Of a stretch of DNA of 64,000 bases, positions 52,362 through 61,044 are shown piece by piece; positions within the stretch are counted from its first letter, which is position 1; each line of letters starts with the position of its first letter. A model generated the notes under the pieces. It worked only from the letters and a program-made list of their open reading frames with translations. It was not told where the DNA came from and made no database searches. Source of the DNA: the human T2T-CHM13v2.0 reference genome, Homo sapiens; the NCBI RefSeq assembly GCF_009914755.1, contig NC_060933.1; one strand, 5' to 3'. The position numbers were made by a program, and so were the translations under genes.

Positions 52362-53001
52362 GTGGTAGGGATGAGTTAGTACGGAGGATCAGAACATAAT
52401 GTTGTACTGTTGAGTATATTCATTCGAGTAGACCTGAAAATTCTCCCGACAGGGACAGGGGAAGCAAGTGCGGCGATAACTGTGTGAATTCGGCTGATTC
52501 TAGTGAATTCCCTAATGAAGAGGTCACACACGGTAAATATGTATGGTATTTATTGTCATTCATACTTGAAGGCACCGGGAGGGGAAGAAAATATTAATCA
52601 GGCAAAAAAACGTAAAAGAGACATTACTTCTATGAGACTCTAGCATTCGTAGGAACACTCTCTGGTTCACAAGGATTGACCGAACACCTCGATATGTGGC
52701 TCTCCATCTGAGGCTTGCTCCAAATGGCCCTCCACTATTCCAGGCACGTGGGTGTCTCCCCTAACTCTCCCTGCTCTCCTGAGCCCATGCTGCCTATCAC
52801 CAATCAGTGCAGGTCCTTTCTGAAGAGCTCGGGTGCATTCTCTCCATCCCACCTCTTTTCCCAAGAAAGAAGCCACCTGTTCCAAGACACGAAGTGGGAC
52901 ATTCCCCTTCCACCTCCTTCTCCAAAGTTCCCCAGGTGATCATCACAGGGTAGGGAGACAAGTTCCCAGATTTCAGTTACAAGACATAGGACGCTGGCAT
53001 G

Positions 53002-53044
<43 letters not shown>

Positions 53045-53843
53045 CGAAGAGGTAGCCACAAGGGTCATTAAACACATGACGACTGATTTCCAAAAACGTG
53101 GATGCAGTTCATCCTTGCCAAAGCCGAGGGTGCAAACGCGGAATGGCGGAGAGATTCCAGAGGCTCACCAAAACCTGCCAGGAATATTTTCCTGACCCTG
53201 GGGGCAGAGGTTGGAAATATTGAGGACATTTCTTGGGACACACGAAGAAGCTGAGGGACCAGGCATTTTCCTTTCCACTACGAATGACCTACACCGAGGG
53301 CATTTCACTTTCCCCTGGAAATCCCCTATGGTGAGGTACCGCCCCAAGCCCCCACCCCCACTTCCGCGAATCCACGTGGCTCAGTCTCTACACGGGTGTC
53401 ACTCCAGGTAGGCTTCTCAACGCTCTCGGCTCAAAGGACAATCCCACATCCAAACGCAAAGCCCACACCTCATCCCTTCCCAGAAAACGCGCAAAAATTC
53501 AATGGGAGAGAGGTCCCGAGTCATCAAAGTCCCAGATGTGGTGAGCCCCCGGAAGGAAAAACCGTGTCGTCCTTAGGATGTCCGGAACAAGAGCTAGGCT
53601 TCCGGAGCTAGGCAGCCATCTATCTCCGTGAGCCAGCGGGAGGGAGACCGCCGGGAGGCGAAGTGGGGCGGGGCCATCCTTCTTTCTGCTCTGCTGCTGC
53701 CGGGGAGCTCCTGGCTGGCGTCCAAGCGGCAGGAGGCCGCCGTCCTGCAGGGCGCCGTAGAGTTTGCGGTGCAGAGTCGGGATCGCCTCTGGGGCAGAGG
53801 GTTCGAGCTTTTCCAAGGCGAGGGTGCTGGCTCCCGTGCGCAC

Positions 53844-54889
53844 CTAAGGCCCCCCAGGAGCGGGCGCAAAGGGCGGCGGGCCCGCGGGCCAGGGCCCCGC
53901 AGCCAGCAGGCTGTCGAGCGTGGCCAGCGCCCAGTGCAGGGCGGCCCCGGCGTGCGCCACCTGCCAGGTGAGCCAGGCGCGCTGCGAGGCGCTGGGCTGC
54001 GTGCCGCCGGCGGGCCCCGGGAGGAAGGCGCCCCCCGGGGCCCGAAGCTCGCCCAGGGCCACGTCCAGCCCGCCCAGGTGGTTGACGACTCGCGAGAGTG
54101 GGCACGGGAGGGAGACCCAGGCTTCTGGGGAGTGGCGTCGGCGGCGCTTTGGGGAGGTGGGTCGCTCCTCCCGGACGTCAACGCGGCGTTGCGGGCCGCT
54201 CGTCCTCCCTGGCGATCTAGGCCGGTGCTTTGGCTCCTCCAGGAGCCTCGGGCTGGGAACAGATCCTGCGCGGGAGACAGAGCGGGAGGTGTCAGAGGGA
54301 CTGCGCGCAGCGCTAGGGGACCCATTTCCAAGGTCCCGAAGCCGCTCCCGACCCCGCCTCCCCCTGCCCTCCATCCCCCACCCCTCCGCGGCTCGCCTCC
54401 GCGCCCCATCCTCTCGGCCCCTCCCTGCATCCTGGGGACTCCGGTGCCCCGTCCGGGGTGCCCTCCCCTCCGCCCGTTCAAACTTGAAGCACATCTCATC
54501 TGGGGCCACCGGGGGCCCGGGTTCCTGGCGCACTGAGGGCTTCCTCGGCCCCCTCGGGGCCCCCCACTCCCCGCTCCCCTTCCCAGGGCCCTGCGCCCTC
54601 CTCCCCACCCCTCCAAGCTCCCAGCCCCTAAACCTGCCTCCTCTGCGCTCGTGGGGGCGTCGTGCTCTGCCGGACTCGGGCTTGTCGTGGCCTCGCTCTC
54701 CGGCTGGGGCTGGTCGTGGCTTGACCTTCCGCCCTCGGTTTCCGGTTTCTCTGCCGGGACTGCGAGGGGAGCCGTCGGGGCTTCTCCACCGTTTGTGCCT
54801 GGACGCAGAGGCCTCCCGGCTGTGCCCGCTGGAAGCTGCGGGGGAAGAGGAGGTCGACAGTGAGTGGGCCATGACCCGTCCGTAGACGG
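53844..54889 (-). CDS. putative macrosatellite gene copy 1, coding exon 2 (362 aa with exon 1)
   Basis: acceptor CCCTCCCGCAG|CC phase 1; open to TAG at 53844; helical hydrophobic C-terminus; prediction only. Confidence 0.45.
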
Positions 54890-55302
54890 CTGCGGGAGGG
54901 TTGCAAGGGCCAAGCTCCCAGAGTGACTTCAAGGCAGGAATGGCTCTGCTCCCAGGTGTCCCCCACCCCCTCCTCTTTCTCCAGCTGCCCAAGACCTCCA
55001 GGCCCCACTCCCCTGGTCCCTTCCTGTCTCCTGACTCTGGCTGTTCCCCAGCTGCCTGGCACCCTCCAGCAAACCCTCCTCCGCGGGCGCACCCAGAGGA
55101 TGGCCCAGCTGGCGGAGCCACCCAGCACACAAAAAGTCTGCCTTTCTTTGACCTTAGGTTTCCCCACCACCTGCCGGATCAGGGCCCGTGGGGCGGGGGC
55201 CGCTGCCTTTGTCACCCCAGCTCTAACTCTCCTGCCTCCCTGGCCCCTGCCACCCCCTCCACACACCAATCCGCACAGACGAGACACTCGACCCTCACTC
55301 AC

Positions 55303-55345
55303 CTCGTCCTCTCTCAGAGCCCTCCCGGTTCTTGCTGGTCTCCAT
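55303..55345 (-). CDS. putative macrosatellite gene copy 1, coding exon 1 (METSKNREGSERGR)
   Basis: Kozak GAAGATGG; consensus donor GAG|GTGAGT, phase 1. Confidence 0.45.
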
Positions 55346-55499
55346 CTTCCCCTGCTTTCCACAGGGAGGTCTGTCTTCTCCCGTCTCCTCAAAGGACAGC
55401 TTCCCCATCCAGGAAAGAGCTCTGTGTTCCCGGCGAGGAGGCTCTAACCTCTGGCAGCCTGAGCAGCGCAAGCCGGGCAATGGCCGGTTGGGCGCAGCC

Positions 55500-55600
55500 G
55501 GCGGGTTTTGATAGGGAGCCAGGACCCCCTGCTGGGAGTTCCCAGGAGGATTGGCTGCGGACACGCCCACAGGGGCAGGCTACCTTGATTAGGTTAGGCG
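55500..55600 (-). promoter_or_regulatory. putative monomer promoter, copy 1: DUX4 motif, KLF/SP box, CCAAT, TATA-like
   Basis: minus strand: TAACCTAATCA 55586-55596, GTGGGCGTG 55562-55570, CCAAT 55550-55554, CTATCAAAA 55506-55514. Confidence 0.6.
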
Positions 55601-56639
55601 GGTTGGAGGGGTTCCGCTTTCTCCCTGGGTCCCTGCCGCTCTGTCTCCCGCAAGTGATGAGCAATTTTGCGGAGTGGCAGAACAGAGACAAAGGTAGCTG
55701 TGGGCTTCACGGTAATTTCAAAGGAAGTGCCCTACTTCGTTGCCCATTTCGAAGTCCTCTCTACCTCTGCGTTGGACGATTTCTCCACTTCCTGGTGTGC
55801 ACCTGCGTGTGTGCGTGCCTGTGTGTATGTGTGTGTGTGTGTGTGTGCGCGCCCGCGTGCTTGGGTGTGTGCACACCATGCCGAGAGTCGGGCAAATTTC
55901 GAGTGAAGGGAGACCGAGTCCCGCAGGTTCTCTTGCTCCTGCAGTCTGCGGAGGAAAAACTCCTTTCTGGCACGGCGGCAGGAATCCATCTACCGACGTT
56001 AGGAAAGGACAGGGTGTGCTTTCGTCCCAGCTTAGTTTTCTATGGAGAAACAGGCAGCAGAGGAGAGTGGGCCAGAGGGCCACATTTTGCCCACGACCAG
56101 CCAGGTTTGAGTTGGTTCCTCCTAGGCCTCACGGTCTGATTTTCTCCTCCCCTTTGTGTACCCGACGGGTGTTGCTCTGAGATCAGGACCATCCCGGCGG
56201 GCTGCGGATGGGATCATCGTGTGTGTATGGCCACAGCCCTCCGCCTCGCTCGCTCGGTGAGCACGTGAATCAAGGAAGGGGCACAGGACTCTAGGCAGGA
56301 CCCGGCGGGGTGTCGGGAGGAGAAACTCGGTAAGAGAAGAGAGGGAGAGGGAGACGTGCGAGGCGCAGGCTGTCCCAGGCGAGTCTGAGAAACGGCGTGC
56401 GCGGAGACGTCCGCCAGAATGCAAGCAGGCGAAAGGAAATGGAACATCCGCAGGGCCGGTGCCGTGGGATCCGATCACGCCCTGACGGCTTTCGGGGACA
56501 TCTCAGGCTCGCTGTCTCCCCCTTGGACCTGGCGCAGAGAGGAGTGAGGCCTGAGGACAGGGCTCCGTGGCCAGCTAGGTGTGGGAGGTGCCAACACAGT
56601 GAGGGCTGGTCAAGGGGTGGCCGGGAGCGATACGGGGGG

Positions 56640-57345
56640 GTTGCTCAAGAAATCACCGCTGGAACTGGGATTCCAGTCCAGTGGGATACGTCCAGTCATC
56701 CCACTTCTGGACGTATCGCCTAAGGACACGAAATCGGGATGTGGTGCAAATATGTGTCCTGCTGCGTTGGTTGTCGGCACGCTGCCTGTAACCAAGACGT
56801 GGAATCGACCTAAGTGCCCATCAGCAGATGACTAGAGAAGGACAAAGGAGTGGGGTTCGCAGAAGAAACACATCAGGGAAAGGAAAGGAGAGCCGGTCAT
56901 CTGGGACGTCATGCACGGACCCAAAAGTCATGGTGCCCAGTGAAATCAGCCAGGCCCATCCGACCCGTATTGCGTGATCTCCTTGGGATGTGGGATGGAA
57001 AGCGGTGAGGATCGCGAAAGTAGAGAGGAGAAAGGTGGTTGGCCGGGCCTGGGGCCGGGGTAGGGGCAGGGAAAAGATGCCAATGCGAGATGTGGGTCAA
57101 AGGGCAGAAAGTTTCCGAGAGGCAGGTGGAGTGCTTCCTGGATATCCGTGGCAGGGCAACGTGAGTACGGTGGAGCAGAATGTAAGGTTCTCGTGAATAT
57201 ACCCACGGGAGTAGAGCTGAAAATTCTCCCAACAGGGACAGGGGACGCATGTGGGGCGATAAGTGTGTGAATTCGGCCGATTCTAGTGAATTCCCTAATG
57301 AAGACGTCACACACGGTAAGTGTGTATCATATTTATTGTCATTCA
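56640..57345 (+). mobile_element. GC-shifted old L1 3' end within the monomer (also ~62085-62770, partial at 52362-52560)
   Basis: ATCCCACTTCTGG...CAAGACGTGGAATCGACCTAAGTGCCCATCA...AGTGAAATCAGCCAGGC; ORF 56581 ends TKTWNRPKCPS, like L1 ORF2. Confidence 0.75.
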
Positions 57346-57785
57346 TACTTGAAGGCACCGGCGGGGGAAGGAAATAATTAAATCGCAAGACAAAACCTCC
57401 AAGAGAGATCACCTCGAAGAGAGTCTAACGTCCGTAGGAACGCTCTCGGGTTCACAAGGATTGACCGAACCCCAGGATACGTCGCTCTCCATCTGAGGCT
57501 TGCTCCAAATGGCCCTCCACTATTCCAGGCACGTGGGTGTCTCCCCTAACTCTCCCTGCTCTCCTGAGCCCATGCTGCCTATCACCCATCGGTGCAGGTC
57601 CTTTCTGAAGAGCTCGGGTGGATTCTCTCCATCCCACTTCCTTTCCCAAGAAAGAAGCCACCGTTCCAAGACACCCAATGGGACATTCCCCTTCCACCTC
57701 CTTCTCCAAAGTTGCCCAGGTGTTCATCACAGGTTAGGGAGAGAAGCCCCCAGGTTTCAGTTACAAGGCATAGGACGCTGGCATG

Positions 57786-57826
<41 letters not shown>

Positions 57827-58270
57827 CTCGAAGAGGTAGCCACAAGGGTCATTAAACACTTGACGACTGTTTTCCAAAAACGTGGATGCAGTTCATCCAC
57901 GCCAAAGCCAAGGGTGCAAAGCAAACACGGAATGGTGGAGAGATTCCAGAGGCTCACCAAACCCTCTCAGGAATATTTTCCTGACCCTGGGGGCAGAGGT
58001 TGGAAACATTGAGGACATTTCTTGGGACACACGGAGAAGCTGACCGACCAGGCATTTTCCTTTCCACTGCAAATGACCTATGGCGGGGGCATTTCACTTT
58101 CTCCTGCAAATCACCTATGGCGAGGTACCTCCCCAAGCCCCCACCCCCACTTCCGCGAATCGGCATGGCTCGGCCTCTATCCGGGTGTCACTCCAGGTAG
58201 GCTTCTCAACGCTCTCGGCTCAAAGAAGGACAATCACAGGTCCAAGCCCAAAGCCCACACCTCTTCCTTT

Positions 58271-58918
58271 TGTTATACCCACAGAAGTTAGAGAAAACGC
58301 CACACTTTGAGACAAATTAAGAGTCCTTTATTTAAGCCGGCGGCCAAAGAGATGGCTAACGCTCAAAATTCTCTGGGCCCCGAGGAAGGGGCTTGACTAA
58401 CTTCTATACCTTGGTTTAGGAAGGGGAGGGGAACTCAAATGCGGTAATTCTACAGAAGTAAAAACATGCAGGAATCAAAAGAAGCAAATGGTTATAGAGA
58501 GATAAACAGTTTTAAAAGGCAAATGGTTACAAAAGGCAACGGTACCAGGTGCGGGGCTCTAAATCCTTCATGACACTTAGATATAGGTGCTATGCTGGAC
58601 ACGAACTCAAGGCTTTATGTTGTTATCTCTTCGAGAAAAATCCTGGGAACTTCATGCACTGTTTGTGCCAGTATCTTATCAGTTGATTGGGCTCCCTTGA
58701 AATGCTGAGTATCTGCTTACACAGGTCAACTCCTTGCGGAAGGGGGTTGGGTAAGGAGCCCTTCGTGTCTCGTAAATTAAGGGGTCGATTGGAGTTTGTC
58801 CAGCATTCCCAGCTACAGAGAGCCTTATTTACATGAGAAGCAAGGCTAGGTGATTAAAGAGACCGACAGGGAAGATTCAAAGTAGCGACTTAGAGTAAAA
58901 ACAAGGTTAGGCATTTCA
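58271..58918 (-). mobile_element. 648-bp ERV1-class solo LTR within the monomer (LTR6/HERV-S71-like, tentative)
   Basis: TG...CA termini; CTTT 4-bp target duplication (58267-58270, 58919-58922); minus-strand AATAAA at 58327-58332; absent from the edge unit. Confidence 0.85.
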
Positions 58919-59287
58919 CTTTCCCAGAGAACGCGCAAACATTCAATGGGAGAGAGGTCCCGAGTCGTCAAAGTCCCAGATGTGGCGAGCCCCCGGGAGG
59001 AAAAACCGTGTCTTCCTTAGGATGCCCGGAACAAGAGCTAGGCTTCCGGAGCTAGGCAGCCATCTATGTCCGTGAGCCGGCGGGAGGGAGACCGCCGGGA
59101 GGCGAAGTGGGGCGGGGCCATCCTTCTTTCTGCTCTGCTGCTGCCGGGGAGCTCCTGGCTGGCGTCCAAGCGGCAGGAGGCCGCCGTCCTGCAGGGCGCC
59201 GTAGAGTTTGCGGTGCAGAGTCGGGATCGCCTCTGGGGCAGAGGGTTCGAGCTTTTCCAAGGCGAGGGTGCTGGCTCCCGTGCGCAC

Positions 59288-60333
59288 CTAAGGCCCCCCA
59301 GGAGCGGGCGCAAAGGGCGGCGGGCCCGCGGGCCAGGGCCCCGCAGCCAGCAGGCTGTCGAGCGTGGCCAGCGCCCAGTGCAGGGCGGCCCCGGCGTGCG
59401 CCAGCTGCCAGGTGAGCCAGGCGCGCTGCGAGGCGCTGGGCTGCGTGCCGCCGGCGGGCCCCGGGAGGAAGGCGCCCCCCGGGGCCCGAAGCTCGCCCAG
59501 GGCCACGTCCAGCCCGCCCAGGTGGTTGACGACTCGCGAGAGCGGGCACGGGAGGGAGACCCAGGCTTCTGGGGAGTGGCGTCGGCGGCGCTTTGGGGAG
59601 GTGGGTCGCTCCTCCCGGACGTCAACGCGGCGTTGCGGGCCGCTCGTCCTCCCTGGCGATCTAGGCCGGTGCTTTGGCTCCTCCAGGCGCCTCGGGCTGG
59701 GAACAGAACCTGCGCGGGAGACAGAGCGGGAGGTGTCAGAGGGACTGCGCGCAGCGCTAGGGGACCCATTTCCAAGGTCCCGAAGCCGCTCCCGACCCCG
59801 CCTCCCCCTGCCCTCCATCCCCCACCCCTCCGCGGCTCGCCTCCGCGCCCCATCCTCTCGGCCCCTCCCTGCATCCTGGGGACTCCGGTGCCCCGTCCGG
59901 GGTGCCCTCCCCTCCGCCCGTTCAAACTTGAAGCACATCTCATCTGGGGCCACCGGGGGCCCGGGTTCCTGGCGCACTGAGGGCTTCCTCGGCCCCCTCG
60001 GGGCCCCCCACTCCCCGCTCCCCTTCCCGGGGCCCTGCGCCCTCCTCCCCACCCCTCCAAGCTCCCAGCCCCTAAACCTGCCTCCTCTGCGCTCGTGGGG
60101 GCGTCGTGCTCTGCCGGACTCGGGCTTGTCGTGGCCTCGCTCTCCGGCTGGGGCTGGTCGTGGCTTGACCTTCCGCCCTCGGTTTCCGGTTTCTCTGCCG
60201 GGACTGCGAGGGGAGCCGTCGGGGCTTCTCCACCGTTTGTGCCTGGACGCAGAGGCCTCCCGGCTGTGCCCGCTGGAAGCTGCGGGGGAAGAGGAGGTCG
60301 ACAGTGAGTGGGCCATGACCCGTCCGTAGACGG
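59288..60333 (-). CDS. putative macrosatellite gene copy 2, coding exon 2
   Basis: same structure as copy 1 at +5444; ORF intact. Confidence 0.45.
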
Positions 60334-60746
60334 CTGCGGGAGGGTTGCAAGGGCCAAGCTCCCAGAGTGACTTCAAGGCAGGAATGGCTCTGCTCCCAGG
60401 TGTCCCCCACCCCCTCCTCTTTCTCCAGCTGCCCAAGACCTCCAGGCCCCACTCCCCTGGTCCCTTCCTGTCTCCTGACTCTGGCTGTTCCCCAGCTGCC
60501 TGGCACCCTCCAGCAAACCCTCCTCCGCGGGCGCACCCAGAGGATGGCCCAGCTGGCGGAGCCACCCAGCACACAAAAAGTCTGCCTTTCTTTGACCTTA
60601 GGTTTCCCCACCACCTGCCGGATCAGGGCCCGTGGGGCGGGGGCCGCTGCCTTTGTCACCCCAGCTCTAACTCTCCTGCCTCCCTGGCCCCTGCCACCCC
60701 CTCCACACACCAATCCGCACAGACGAGACACTCGACCCTCACTCAC

Positions 60747-60789
60747 CTCGTCCTCTCTCAGAGCCCTCCCGGTTCTTGCGGGTCTCCAT
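60747..60789 (-). CDS. putative macrosatellite gene copy 2, coding exon 1 (METRKNREGSERGR)
   Basis: same Kozak ATG and GAG|GTGAGT donor. Confidence 0.45.
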
Positions 60790-60943
60790 CTTCCCCTGCT
60801 TTCCACAGGGAGGTCTGTCTTCTCCCGTCTCCTCAAAGGACAGCTTCCCCATCCAGGAAAGAGCTCTGTGTTCCCGGCGAGGAGGCTCTACCCTCTGGCA
60901 GCCTGAGCAGCGCAAGCGGGGCAATGGCCGGTTGGGCGCAGCC

Positions 60944-61044
60944 GGCGGGCTTTGATAGGGAGCCAGGACCCCCTGCTGGGAGTTCCCAGGAGGATTGGCT
61001 GCGGACACGCCCACAGGGGCAGGCTACCTTGATTAGGTTAGGCG
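60944..61044 (-). promoter_or_regulatory. putative monomer promoter, copy 2
   Basis: DUX4 motif 61030-61040, KLF/SP box and CCAAT conserved; TATA-like element reads CTATCAAAG. Confidence 0.6.

Noticed and set aside
52133-52379. Tyr/Ile/His-rich ORFs
   Set aside because: Translations of the TA-rich simple repeat.
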